Shown: in pieces, positions 50,142 through 61,791 of the stretch
How the letters are laid out: each line of letters starts with the position of its first letter
Position numbering within the stretch: the stretch's first letter is position 1
Source of the DNA: Podarcis melisellensis
Lineage: Eukaryota
Direction: 5' to 3' (one strand)
Length of the DNA stretch: 64,000 bases
NCBI GenBank assembly: GCA_964234715.1
Contig: OZ174280.1
Program-made: the position numbers and the translations under genes
The notes under the pieces: model-generated
Databases searched by the model: none
What the model saw: the letters and a program-made list of their open reading frames with translations, nothing else
Told to the model about the DNA's origin: nothing

Positions 50142-53100
50142 GGCGACAAAGAAGGCAGGGCCGCAAAAAAACGCCCAAGGCCAGGTCGGACTTTCTTCTC
50201 ATTTGCTTCTCGTCTCATCGTCCTTTATATTCTCTCTCTCTGCGCCCCCCCCCAACAACCTCCGCCCCTCTCATTATCGCCACGGTTATAACGGCTGTTC
50301 TCACAAGCGTGTCAAAGACTTGCAAAAGCGAAGTGGCTGCAAGTCACGGAATTCGGATTTAAGATCCGGGTTGGTCCAAATAAAGAGTCACAGTCAAGTA
50401 GTTTGCCGCTTTTGGGGGGCAAACTGGGAGTGCGTGCATTTTCATATGTTCTCAGGTAAAATGTTATTTTTGGGGGGGGGGGGGTAGCTGGGAAGCTATT
50501 CCTCTGCAGAGATGAGGAAAAGGCTTTTTCTGCTGGTGCCTAGATGCACTTATGCAGATCACAGCCCAAGCCCTGACTTCGACATTGGGTTTTGGAGCTC
50601 CATCTGGCAAAGTTTAAAGACCTGTTGTCGTCGTCGTCGTTATTATCAGGGCTTCCCCCCCCCCCAGAGGGAACTCACAGGAACTCAGTTCCGGCGCCTC
50701 TCAGGTGAGCGCCATTGCTATCCTAAGAGAAGAAGGGAAGTGTTCCTGGTGAGCTCCTGCACCTCTTTTTCTATTTTAAAAAAAATAGCACTAGTGATAA
50801 TTAATTAATTACATTTATGTACCACCCCTCATCACAAGATATTAGGGCACTTCACATGACCCCCCCCCCAAAAAAAAGTACCATAAAATGTTGTGACATC
50901 TTTTATTATGGTAGGAGTTGGAGATTCAGTATGTCATCCTCCCAAACCACGCATTACTTGTCAATGTAGGGACTGGTCTGCATGGTAGAATAAGGAATTG
51001 TCTGTGCAGTTGACAGTGTCTCGTCTGATTTAAACCCTGTTCCCTGTCTTTCCCACCCCGGTGTCCTGTGTGTTGACTTCCTGTGTACATGAAACTCGGT
51101 GCAGTCGTGTATGTATAACTTGTACACTGGAGGCTGGAGGTAGGGATAGAAGGCTTGATCCACCTTAGCTGCATTGACTCTATGCAGATTTTTAACATAT
51201 CCACAGAGGATTTTGAATGCAGTTGTGTGCTTACTTGTGTGCTTACAGTTGTGTGCTTAATTATCTGAAAATAAATCACATAGAATTTTGGGGCTTACTT
51301 CTGACTCAACATGGATTGGTCTGTAAGGGCCTTTTGAAAGAATGTGGCTTCACATGCGTGTAGCCAAGGGGGGGGGGACAGCTGCCCCCCAAATCAATAA
51401 AAATACATAGCATCCTGCCCCCCCCCAACAAAAGGCCTGCCCCACTAACAAAAGCCTTCCGCCTAACAATATCCCGGCTACGCCCATGGCTTTTACAGAG
51501 GGAGTGTACTGCTGAGAATAATCCAAACACTTTGTCTTCAGGACTTCTGTAATATAGTATCACACAAATGAGTTGTGTTAGCAGGGAAAACTTCTTCCTT
51601 CAGTAAGTATTGGGAGAGTTCTTCTTAGGCAGCCAGTTTTCCACAATAATGCAAGCAAATTTGGGCAGCATTTACCCATAAAATTTAATGTATTAAAATT
51701 AGGATACAGCCTATTACCTTGTTCTTCTGTTCATCACATCACCCATCTTCTCCTCTGTGTGCACTGAGGGCTAATTAGCGTCTTGCTCCTGGTCATCGAT
51801 TTTGACTTTGGAGTCTAGGAAATGGTCATTCAGAGTGAATATTTTTGCAGTATACTTCTATCCCCAGTATTTTAATTGAACTTATTTACAAATATACCGG
51901 CAAGCATTTATGGAATGTTAACTCTGGAAGTAGGCACTTAGTAAGCAGTGTTTGAGAAAAGGACATAGTATGTGGAAGGTGTTGTTCAGGATTCCTCTGT
52001 GTAAAAAAACATTGCCTGATTCTGTAATGCCACAAGTGTGGACAGGTGTGGGGACTGGCAAAGTCTTCCTTTGTTGGAACTGGACGTGCTGCATCTAGTA
52101 CATTCAGGTCCCAGGAAGAATATCATTTGGACATGCTCTAACTCCCAAGTACATTCAATTTAAATTGAGGCTGGCTTCTGGAAGTGTATGGTGTGTTCCA
52201 GTCTGGCTGCATTGGCACAGAAGTACAATTGGAAAGGGCAGTTATTTTAAATAAATAATGGGGGGGATGTAGGTGTGAGATTTTAATGCCATCTATTCTA
52301 TGTTGAAATAACAGAAATTAGAATTTGAAAATTCAGTCAGATTGTCTACAGCCACCAACAGTAGATGCTACAAAATTGTTCCCTAGTCTATATTTCTGTA
52401 GTGCGCTATCAGTGAAGTTTATATTTTAATAACCTTAGCAAGAGAGCTTCCCTCTACTAAATAACTCTTGCATGCTGTATGTTGAGTAACATATTGGAAA
52501 CATCTCTGTGCTGCACAGCTGCCCAAATAAGAAATGGCTAAGTAATGAGAGAACTGAGGAGCATAAACAAGTGTTCATATTTGATAAAACTGGTTACTGG
52601 AAAATTAACATTTATTCTCTTTTCCCTCATTGGCTAGAACTCGCTTTCCTTTGTGTGTGCTAACACTGGTGCTTAATTATTATAGTGACACCCGTTTGCA
52701 GTAACTGGACTGTGTCCCTGTTGGGTCCTTCTTATGCCACTGTAATATGAAACTGTCAGGCAAGGCGGTCTGTGCATTATAAATAGGGTACTTCATCCAT
52801 GATAAGCGATTATTATCTTTCTTTCCCAAGTGTAAAAGGCCTATATAACTCAAGAAGGTGCGAGTGATTTAGGCCTCCTGAGTAAGGCTCCAATGAGTCC
52901 TGAAGGGGACCCTACCTATGTTGTTGTCTTGTTATTGAACTTGAAATATTCAATTTATTATAGTGGAATATATTTTCAGAAGTCAGCACTGGATAAAATA
53001 ATGTTGCAGGCTGTTAGACCAACAGTAGCACACGATTTAATGCCCCTCTGTGATGGCCTTCTAAAAACCCTCATCACCTTTGTTATAGAAGAAAATTACT

Positions 53101-54595
53101 ATTGACATTTACTAACCATACGTGAGGAAAGGCTGTGCAGAATTATATCAATTATTTAAAAAGAAACTGCATTTATGTGGTCCTTTTATTCTATACAATT
53201 TTCTTCTGTTGCGCTATTAGGTTCTTCATCCAGGCAGCTACTGCATGTGATGGGCTGCCCAATTCACAAACCCATTAAGTTAGAACACTTGCATATAATC
53301 CACTTGGCCCTTTTGAAATAAACTGCCCCAAAGACAATCAGTCTGCCACCCTCATGCATATAACCCATTTATTTGGAAGAAAGTAATATTATTAATTTCA
53401 GTGGACATTACTTTCATATAAGCATGCATAAAATTGCAGCCTAATCACTCAGTCAGCTGTACATAGAATCAGGTGCTACATTTCCCCTGTTTCTGAAATC
53501 ACAACTTTTCTAATCTAAATAATCCCCCCGCAAAGATGCTATCAGTCTCATGGAGGAAATAAAACAGGTACCTGAACTAGATGGCCCATCGGCCTGACTC
53601 AATGTGTGGCAGCATCATATATTTTATTCTGTTGCTCTTTTTTGGTGAGCCTCCTATCTCACCTGAATCCCGATTAACCTACCCTTTGCCTGTTTGTTCT
53701 AGATTTCTTCTCGTCTACCTAAACACACTTACTGTGTTCCAGTCTGATTGTCCTTCTTTATTCAGGTGAATTCCTGATTTACACAGCTGACCTGGAGAAG
53801 AGTCCTGTTAGAATCTTGAATGTAAAGGTTAATGAAGTAGTTTCTACCCATTCCCTCTCAAGATGTTCACACTTCTGCTGTTGCACACCTTAATATTTAA
53901 ACCATGGATTTTCAGATCATGCTTAGGAGAATCCGTGAGCTTCCTTTGAGGTTAATCTGGTTTCCTTGGTGAAAAAAATGGCAGTGGTGAACAAGCTTCC
54001 TAGAATAGATCTTTCCCTGCAACAAAGAGCCACAGGGAAGTGTTGAGTGTGTTTAGGGTACAGGGCGTGGGGCAATGGTAAGGTAAACTAGTGCATTGTG
54101 TTAGCTGAGCTTATTCTAGAACATGCCCCAGAATCACTTGGAATGCAGGGAGCTTCATGGTGGATGTTCAGGGCTTGTTTGACAGATGAGTTGCAGTGGA
54201 AATGGTACCTTGAAGGTCAAAAGTTTGGAAACCACTACCTTATAAACCACCAGTTTTATTTTATTTTTTATAAATATTTTATTAGGTTTTTAATAAACAA
54301 ATTTCCACTTTCAAATACATACTTCCATGAATCCAATGGACTTCCCCCATCTCCCGAGCACTGCATTCCCTGTGTAACCAAAACCTCAGCAATTTGTTGA
54401 CTTGTTTTGTACATAACAATATATCTTCCATTTTATCGTGTTATCTGATGTAAACATTTCGATACAATTGCATTAATTTTTAATTTCCACACAATAAAAA
54501 TATTTCGTTACCTCACTTCTGTCTTATAGTGTCTTATTTATCAATTCAGAAATTTGCCGATACTGAAGCTATACCTTCCTAGAAAGGAGCATTTT

Positions 54596-57500
54596 TTAAC
54601 ATTCATACAACTTATAATGCTTTTTCAAATAGTCCTTAAAATTTTTCCAAACTTCCTCCGTTTCTTCTTCTCCCGAGTCTCGAATTCTGCCAGTCATTTC
54701 AGCCAACTCCATATAGTCCATCAGCTGCGTCTGCCATTCTTCCAATGTGGGTAGATTTTGTGTCTTCCAGTGCTTTGCCAACAGAATCCTCGCTGCTGTA
54801 GTAGCGTACATAAAGAAAGTTCTATCTTTCTTGACCATCCTCTGGTCTACCATGCCCAGAAGGAAGGCCTCCGGTTTCTTAGGTAAGGTGAATCTCAGCA
54901 CCTTTTTTAGTTCATTATGTATCATTTCCCAGAAGGCCTTCACTTTCGGGCAGGTCCACCAGAGGTGTAAAAATGTCCCTTCCTCTTCCTTACATTTCCA
55001 GCATTTATTATCAGACAGGTGATATATCTTTGCAAGCTTGACTGGGGTCATGTACCACCGGTATATCATTTTCATAATGTTTTCCTTCAAGGCAGTACAT
55101 GCCGTGAATTTCATTCCGGTGTTCCATAACCTTTCCCAGTCTTCAAACATAATGTTATGCCCCAAGTCCTGTGCCCACTTTATCATAGAGGATTTGACAA
55201 TCTCATCCTGTGTGTTCCATTTAAGCAGCAAGTTATACATTCTCGAAATTAGCTTGGATTTTGGCTCAAGCAACTCTGTTTCTAGTTTCGATTTTTCCTC
55301 CTGAAAACCCACTTTTTTGTCTGCTTTAAAAACTTCCTGGATTTGAGCATAATGCAACCAATCTCGCACCTTGTTTTTTAACTTTTCCATACTCTGTAAC
55401 CTCCATTTATCTCCAATTTTTTCAATTATTTCCCAATATTTAGGCCAGTGGGCCTCCATATTGAGTCTTTTACGTGCTTTGGCCTCCATCGGTGAGAGCC
55501 ACCTCGGAGTTTTACTCTCCAATAAGTCTTTATATTTTGACCAGACCATGAAAATTGCCCTTCTGACAATATGGTTTTTGAACAATTTATGAACTTTAAC
55601 CTTGTCATACCACAAATATGCATGCCACCCAAAAGCATTATCAAATCCCTCCAGGTCAAGGACATCGGTGTTCTCCAATAGGATCCAATCCTTCAACCAG
55701 CAGAGGGCTGCAGCTTCGTAATATAACCTCAAGTCCGGCAGGGCAAACCCCCCTCTTTCTTTCGCATCTGTTAGTATTTTAAACTTTATTCGGGGCTTTT
55801 TGCCCTGCCAGACAAATTTAGATAAATCCCTCTGCCATTTTCCAAAACATTCCACCTTATCCACGATCTGGAGGGACTGAAACAAAAATAGCATTTTCGG
55901 CAATACATTCATCTTTATGGCAGCTATTCTGCCCAACAAGGAAAGTTTTAATCTTGACCATGTTTCCAGATCTCTTTTTATCTCTGACCAACATTTCTCA
56001 TAGTTGTCCTTAAATAAATTCAAATTTTTGGAGGTCAAGTGCACCCCTAGGTACTTTACTTTTTTAACCACATTTAGTTCTGTTTCTTTTCTGAACTCCT
56101 CTATTTCAGTAGTTGTCAAGTTTTTTGCTAAAACTTTAGTTTTTTGTTTATTCAGCTTGAATCCCGCCACCCGACCAAAATCAGAAATTAATTCTAACGC
56201 TCTTTTAGTACTAGAGGCTGGCTCCTGTAATGTTAATACCAAGTCGTCTGCGAAAGCTTTCAGTTTATATTGTTTCTCTCCGACCACAATTCCCTGTGTC
56301 AACCGGTCGTTTCTAATCATGTTCAGTAGCACCTCCAGGACTGAAATAAACAGCAGAGGAGATAGAGGGCACCCCTGTCGTGTCCCTTTTTCAATTTTAA
56401 ACTCCTCTGTCACCACGTTGTTTACTATCAATTTGGCCTTTTGTTCTGAATAAATTGCTTCTATTCCATTTTCAAACCCCCGCCCTACTCCCATCCTTTC
56501 CAAATTTTTCTTCATAAACAGCCAAGAAATGTTGTCAAAGGCCTTCTCCGCATCAATAAAAATCAACACCGCTCTTGTGTTTGAATTAATCTGTAAAAAC
56601 TCCAAAATGTCAATGATGTTTCTTGTGTTGTCAAATAAATGCCTACCAGGGAGAAAGCCTGCTTGGTCCTTATGAATAACTTCATTTAAGACTTTCTTAA
56701 ACCTACTTGCCAAAATGTCTGCAAAAATTTTATAATCCACATTTAGGAGTGAGATAGGACGGTAGTTTTTAAGTTGAGTTTTTTCAGATTCTAGTTTTGG
56801 GATCAACGTGATGAAGGCTTCTTTCCACGTTTCCGGTGCCTTCCTCCCCTCCATAATCTGATTGCAAACTTCCAGCAATGGTTGTGTCAGTGAGTCCTTC
56901 AGTACCTTATAATATTTGGAAGTAAGCCCATCAGGTCCCGGAGATTTGCCCAGTTGGAGGTTCTGAATGGCGCATTCAATTTCTTGGGTTGTAATATTAC
57001 AGTTCAGGGTTGCTCTCATTTCCTGGGGTATTTTTTGTAATCCATTAGTTATAACAAATTGGTCCACCTCTGAGCTTTTTTGTGGCCTTTGAGAATAGAG
57101 TTCTTTAAAATATTTCTGGAAGGACCTTCTGATTTCATCGGGTTTCTGAACCATTCTCCCTTCAATCTCTAGATTTGTAACTGTGTTAAGTTTTTGTCTC
57201 TTTTTCAACTGCCAGGCTAACAATTTTCCACATTTGTTTGCAGATTCAAAGGATCTTTGTTTCATTTGTTTAATTTTCCATTCCACCTCTTGATTTATCA
57301 GTTTCGAATATTGTGCCTGGAAAAACTTCACTTCTCTCAATACTTCCTTCGATTTAGGCCTGGATCTCAGTTTTCTCTCTCCTTCTCTTATTTTCTCCAA
57401 GATCTTCTCCTTCTTTTCATTCCAGAGTCTTTTTTTAATCGTGTTCTGTTGTATTAGAAACCCTCTTATCACTGCTTTGCTTGCGTCCCAGATTATTCTT

Positions 57501-58336
57501 TTTTCCACATTTGTCTTTAAGTTTATTTCAAAATAGTCCTTTAGAACTTTTTGGGCCTTCTTAACAATCTCCTGATCTCTTAACAAGGCGTCATTCATTC
57601 TCCATCTGAACGATCCGGTTGTATTTAGTCTCAGTTCCATTCTCAAGGCGTTGTGGTCGGAGCAGGTTTTTGGGCAGATTTCCACTTTTCTGGTCTTAGG
57701 TGCCAGCCCTCTAGTTATCCATATTTGGTCGATTCGCGTCCATGTCATATGGGCCTCAGAAAAGAAAGTTCCTTCTTTCCCTAGAGGGTTCTTGATCCTC
57801 CATATGTCAATCAAGTCCAAATTGTCAGTCATTTCAAAAAAGGTTTTTGGAAGTCTGCCATCTTTCGTTATATTAGCACTTTGTGACTTATCCATATTCA
57901 CTGAGGCGACACCGTTCATATCTCCCAACATGATAATGTTGTTATAGTCCAAATAGTCCAGCATAATCTCATGCAGCTTCTTAAAAAATTCCGATTTTCC
58001 ATCATTTGGGGCGTAAATTCCCAGAATTAAAAACTTTTCTCCTTGTGTCTGGATTTCAATTGCCAAAATTCTGCCCTGTTCGTCTTTAAATACAAATTTT
58101 GGGGACAAGTTCTCCTTTGCATAAATCACCACTCCTCTTTTCTTAACTTTATCCGATGAAATAAATTCTTGGCCTAGCCTTTTATTGATTAGCACTTTTC
58201 TATGGAGTCTTGTCACATGTGTTTCTTGCAGGCAAATAATATCCAATTGTTCTTTTTTCAAAATATGAAATACTTTTCTGCGTTTTTCTGGAGAGTTCCC
58301 GCCATTTATATTCCAACTAAGAAGCTGTAGAGACAT
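54596..58336 (-). CDS. L1 ORF2p (APE endonuclease, reverse transcriptase, CCHC), 1246 aa, uninterrupted
   Basis: WNING, LQETH, GDMN, RIDQIW, SDHN; KSPGPDG, YRPISLLN, QGCPLSP, FADD; CWKC...HLWWTC. Confidence 0.98.
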   Translation of the reverse strand: MSLQLLSWNINGGNSPEKRRKVFHILKKEQLDIICLQETHVTRLHRKVLINKRLGQEFISSDKVKKRGVVIYAKENLSPKFVFKDEQGRILAIEIQTQGEKFLILGIYAPNDGKSEFFKKLHEIMLDYLDYNNIIMLGDMNGVASVNMDKSQSANITKDGRLPKTFFEMTDNLDLIDIWRIKNPLGKEGTFFSEAHMTWTRIDQIWITRGLAPKTRKVEICPKTCSDHNALRMELRLNTTGSFRWRMNDALLRDQEIVKKAQKVLKDYFEINLKTNVEKRIIWDASKAVIRGFLIQQNTIKKRLWNEKKEKILEKIREGERKLRSRPKSKEVLREVKFFQAQYSKLINQEVEWKIKQMKQRSFESANKCGKLLAWQLKKRQKLNTVTNLEIEGRMVQKPDEIRRSFQKYFKELYSQRPQKSSEVDQFVITNGLQKIPQEMRATLNCNITTQEIECAIQNLQLGKSPGPDGLTSKYYKVLKDSLTQPLLEVCNQIMEGRKAPETWKEAFITLIPKLESEKTQLKNYRPISLLNVDYKIFADILASRFKKVLNEVIHKDQAGFLPGRHLFDNTRNIIDILEFLQINSNTRAVLIFIDAEKAFDNISWLFMKKNLERMGVGRGFENGIEAIYSEQKAKLIVNNVVTEEFKIEKGTRQGCPLSPLLFISVLEVLLNMIRNDRLTQGIVVGEKQYKLKAFADDLVLTLQEPASSTKRALELISDFGRVAGFKLNKQKTKVLAKNLTTTEIEEFRKETELNVVKKVKYLGVHLTSKNLNLFKDNYEKCWSEIKRDLETWSRLKLSLLGRIAAIKMNVLPKMLFLFQSLQIVDKVECFGKWQRDLSKFVWQGKKPRIKFKILTDAKERGGFALPDLRLYYEAAALCWLKDWILLENTDVLDLEGFDNAFGWHAYLWYDKVKVHKLFKNHIVRRAIFMVWSKYKDLLESKTPRWLSPMEAKARKRLNMEAHWPKYWEIIEKIGDKWRLQSMEKLKNKVRDWLHYAQIQEVFKADKKVGFQEEKSKLETELLEPKSKLISRMYNLLLKWNTQDEIVKSSMIKWAQDLGHNIMFEDWERLWNTGMKFTACTALKENIMKMIYRWYMTPVKLAKIYHLSDNKCWKCKEEEGTFLHLWWTCPKVKAFWEMIHNELKKVLRFTLPKKPEAFLLGMVDQRMVKKDRTFFMYATTAARILLAKHWKTQNLPTLEEWQTQLMDYMELAEMTGRIRDSGEEETEEVWKNFKDYLKKHYKLYEC

Positions 58337-58356
58337 CCCGGTCTACTTCTTGGGTA

Positions 58357-59454
58357 TCACAGTTGGGTATCTAATTTGTCGTCCTTTTCCGGAAGCTGTG
58401 GTGCCGGGCCGCCTCCAGATGGTATGGATCCTGGTGGTAATCCCGGTGGTGGAGGCCAAGAATCTGCGGCTCTCTTTTGGAGGTCCTCCTCGTTGTCGTG
58501 TAGGAACTTCTGGTGGTCTTCTGGCGTTTTGATTCTTACCTTCTTTCCTTTATAGGTAAATGACAGACCTTGAGGAAATTCCCACCTGTAAGGGATTGCG
58601 TTGTATCTTAACAATTTGGCCAAGTCTGTATATGTGGCTCTAAGGTCCAACAAATATTTAGGAATGTCTCTATAAATTTCTGCCCTTTTACCTTCGACTT
58701 CCAGGGATTTTTTAAAGTGTTGGCCTAATATCTTGTCTCTTTCCTCTCTTGTTCTCAAACAAACCAAACAGTCTCTGGACTTATCTTTTTTAACCGATCT
58801 TCCCAGTCTGAAGGCCGTCACAATCTTGAAATCTTTATCTTCTTCAACCCCCCAAAATTTAGAAAACAGCTCCGTCAAGAATTTCTCTAGGTTGCCCTGT
58901 TCCAACTCTGGGACAGCCCTCAGCCTAAGATTACATTCCTTACTTTTCAGTTCCACCATTGACAGGTAGGCTTGCTGTTCTCCTACCTGTCTTCTCAGAG
59001 GTCTTACTTCCCCTTTGATCTCTTCCACCTTCTTGCACGCTTGCTCAGCTTTTTGATTGGCTTCCGCAGCTAATTTGTAGTTCTCCGCCGTAGCTCCTTG
59101 CAGTTTCTCAATAGCCTGGGTGTGCTGCGAAACCTGATCTGTTAACTTGCTGATAGTAGATGTAGCTCTATCAATTTTAGATGACTGATCGTCCACCTTC
59201 TTATTCAAAAGTGCCAATTGTTCCAAAATTTGTTTCAAGACTGGATCAGTTCCTCCAGCTGCCATTTCTTCTGTAGCAGGCGTTTCAACTTCCTCCTCCT
59301 GCGCCGTCAACACAGTAGGCACCGAGGATCTACGATGATGAATCAAGGTTGTTTGGACCAGCTGCCCAGCTCTCTTGTCTTTTTTCTTTTCTTTAACTTC
59401 CTCAGCTAAAGCTTCCTTAGCTTTAGCTGCTCTTGTTTTCGCTGGGCCACTCAT
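58357..59454 (-). CDS. L1 ORF1p (coiled coil, RRM, CTD), 365 aa from the first ATG
   Basis: Starts MSGPAKTRAAK (the track start at 59523 is non-ATG); heptad region, NLRLRAVPE RRM start, YRWEFPQGLSFTYKG CTD. Confidence 0.93.
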   Translation of the reverse strand: MSGPAKTRAAKAKEALAEEVKEKKKDKRAGQLVQTTLIHHRRSSVPTVLTAQEEEVETPATEEMAAGGTDPVLKQILEQLALLNKKVDDQSSKIDRATSTISKLTDQVSQHTQAIEKLQGATAENYKLAAEANQKAEQACKKVEEIKGEVRPLRRQVGEQQAYLSMVELKSKECNLRLRAVPELEQGNLEKFLTELFSKFWGVEEDKDFKIVTAFRLGRSVKKDKSRDCLVCLRTREERDKILGQHFKKSLEVEGKRAEIYRDIPKYLLDLRATYTDLAKLLRYNAIPYRWEFPQGLSFTYKGKKVRIKTPEDHQKFLHDNEEDLQKRAADSWPPPPGLPPGSIPSGGGPAPQLPEKDDKLDTQL

Positions 59455-61604
59455 TCCCCAGCTGCTGTTCAAGGTCAAATAGTCTTTCAGTCCATGAGAA
59501 AGGCAAGTCCAGAGTATAAACAATTAAACCACAAAAAATCCCAATAAGATACAGTTCCCAGGCTACTATGCCTCCGCAAATCCACTAGGGGGGGTTTTCA
59601 AAGGAAAGAAAGTTTCTTTTCCACCATCAAAGCTCCTATTTCAACTGAAATCCCCAAGTTCAGAAAGGAGGATTTCAGAGAGTTCTGTTTCAAATTAGTG
59701 CCACAAGGTAACAGAGAGGTTTCGATGACAGTATTAAAGCGATAGTGTATCCATCAATGCAACAGTTTATGTTAAAAGAAAAGTTTCAGCAGCCTGACAG
59801 TACTCATTTGCAACACTGGCAGTCCAATAACTCGGTTGTCCCCTTCAATTCCACGTCTCTTCACAATAGGAGGAAGATTCTCTAGCACACTGGACTAAAA
59901 CATTTATTTCTTCACCCTTTTTCGATTTCTAGAAACACACAGTCTATTAATGCCCCTTCTTATTTCTTTCAAAGTCTCTTTTTAACACTTCAGCCCGCAT
60001 CGGGTTCTTTGCTTTGCTCCGATTAGCAGGACCGGAAGGCGGACTTCCTGTTACTCGCCTCCCGTTTTCAGCCAAAATAGACAAATTTAAGTTAATCCTT
60101 AATCAGTTCTTTGGTACCCCTTACTCACGGGTAAATTGCAGCCAATCTCGATGTTTTTCAAGAAGAAAGGTCGGCGCTCATCAGCAACAGCAGCGCGGCT
60201 TCACTTCCGCGAAAAGAGCGATGAACTCACAGCGCCGCTCCCCCGTTCACGATCCGGAGCCTCTTACGAGGTCCCTTCCTCGCTTCTGGGGGGGCTTCTG
60301 GCACCCGCCGAGTCCCACGGCCACAGGCTCGCTCTGCCTGCGGTTTATCTGGATGGGTCTCCGCTTCGCCGTAGCGGAAAACCCTTTTTCGCGGAGCCCC
60401 TCTTCACTGGGTAAAGAGGACCGCCATTGCTGTTTTGCGCCGCCTCCGGAAGTCTCTATAAACCACCAGTTTTAGATCAGCTTAAGGTGGAAATGTTGCC
60501 TTTGCTAGGGACAGAAATTCTCATACATTTCATCAAAGCCAGGATTTGTGTTTAATCAAATCCATTTCAATAGAATGAGAGGCCTATTCACATGGCAATC
60601 CAGCACATGTTGGCTGCTCGCCCGCGGGCAGCTGGTCAAGTGCACCTGCCAGCCACATGCAGGATTCATCTTTCAACGCACATTGGTAGATACTGGGGAA
60701 ATGGCATTTTCAGTGGTATGCCAAAAGCTGATTCTGGTGTGAGGCAGCAGATGCACACAACTCAGGGAGCTTGCAAGTACAAGAATTTTGGGTGTTTTTC
60801 CTGCACCTACTATGCACTCATGCCAGGCATGAGATGGATTTTAAAAAGATAAGGTAAAAAATACTTTGTTGCAGAGCAAGTCTTAGTTATTATGGGATGT
60901 CCTGCCATAATAATCCCACCTTCATGCCTCATTCTCCACTGCATCTATATTGTGTTACAGTGTAATGTGTAAACTTTTATGTAATAATGAGTATTTCCCA
61001 GCTGTTTCAGAGGAACTCCAGGTTTTCTAAAATAGCTTCTCCCCAGGACCTCCTTTAGCCGCCACCACTCCAGCAAGAGAGCTGGGTAGAGAACCTCCAT
61101 TTCTCTGGAGAGTTCTAAGAGTTGGGAGCCAATGATACTTTCTGCAAAATTTTCAGCCGCTTTAGCGGCTGCAGAAAACCTCGGGGACTGGGGAAAGGGG
61201 GCTTTGAAAAACAACTCCACTCCACAGACCACCCTTCGTTGCCACAGCTTTTGATAGAAACATAACAAGGAGCCATACGATATCATTTCCTAGATTAGAC
61301 AGTGTGTGGTATGCTGGGTCTATCATTGTGAGGGCAATATGAGACACCTGCAAATCTGATTTTATTATTGTGAATGGCTTTGAAAATGATGGCTATCAAA
61401 GGTATAGAAATATTCTAAAAAGAAATGCAAACATATACGTCAAAGCATATTTGCAGACTATTCCCATTTTTGCAGAAGCAGAAGCTCACAGCAAAGTCCA
61501 GTAAACACTCCCTCCCACCTGAGAGGGATGGACAGATGGTGATGTGATACTGAAATATGCAAATAAAAGAAATAGGCTCTAGATATGTTTGCATTATTCA
61601 CAGG

Positions 61605-61791
61605 ATGGCTGGCAGTCAGGAGAGCAATGCATCCCTCTTCAGTGATCAGACCCCTGCCCAGGAAAGTTCTCAAGCAAAAAGATCCCAGAATTATGAAGAG
61701 GAGACATTTTATAAGAACTGCAGAGCAGCCTATTTAGCTGTCTTCAAAAGCAGCTTAGAAAACATTAAATCAAAAGAACAACTGTGTTTGG
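61605..61791 (+). CDS. EFCAB7: EFCAB7 first coding exon (MAGSQESNAS...EEETFYKNCRAAYLAVFKSSLENIKSKEQLCL)
   Basis: cacag/G-ATG acceptor and /gtgagt donor; matches human EEEIFYMNCRAAYLTVFKSSLENIISKDQLYL; gene continues beyond the window. Confidence 0.95.

Larger units (their letters stand above)
49890..50460. promoter_or_regulatory. CpG-island bidirectional promoter of ITGB3BP (-) and EFCAB7 (+); candidate EFCAB7 non-coding exon 1 donor CAG/GTAAAA at 50455/50456
   Basis: Only non-repeat CpG-dense tract in the window; contains the ITGB3BP start exon; head-to-head arrangement as in human. Confidence 0.8.
54259..60456 (-). mobile_element. Full-length L1-clade LINE (~6.2 kb) in EFCAB7 intron 1
   Basis: TSD TATAAACCACCAGTTTT(A) at 54241 and 60457; ~1 kb 5'UTR with CpG-rich 5' half; ORF1, 20-nt spacer, ORF2; AATAAA (54278-54283) and short A-rich tail. 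Confidence 0.97.

Noticed and set aside
49871-50487. Arg/Pro-rich ORFs (163, 95 and 94 aa)
   Set aside because: CpG-island composition artefact with mostly non-ATG starts
54554-59409. Plus-strand ORFs overlapping the L1
   Set aside because: Antisense shadows of ORF1 and ORF2
60014-60475. 153-aa antisense ORF in the L1 5'UTR as an ORF0 analogue
   Set aside because: Non-ATG start, GC-rich context, and its stop lies outside the element at the TSD edge; no support without ribosome profiling
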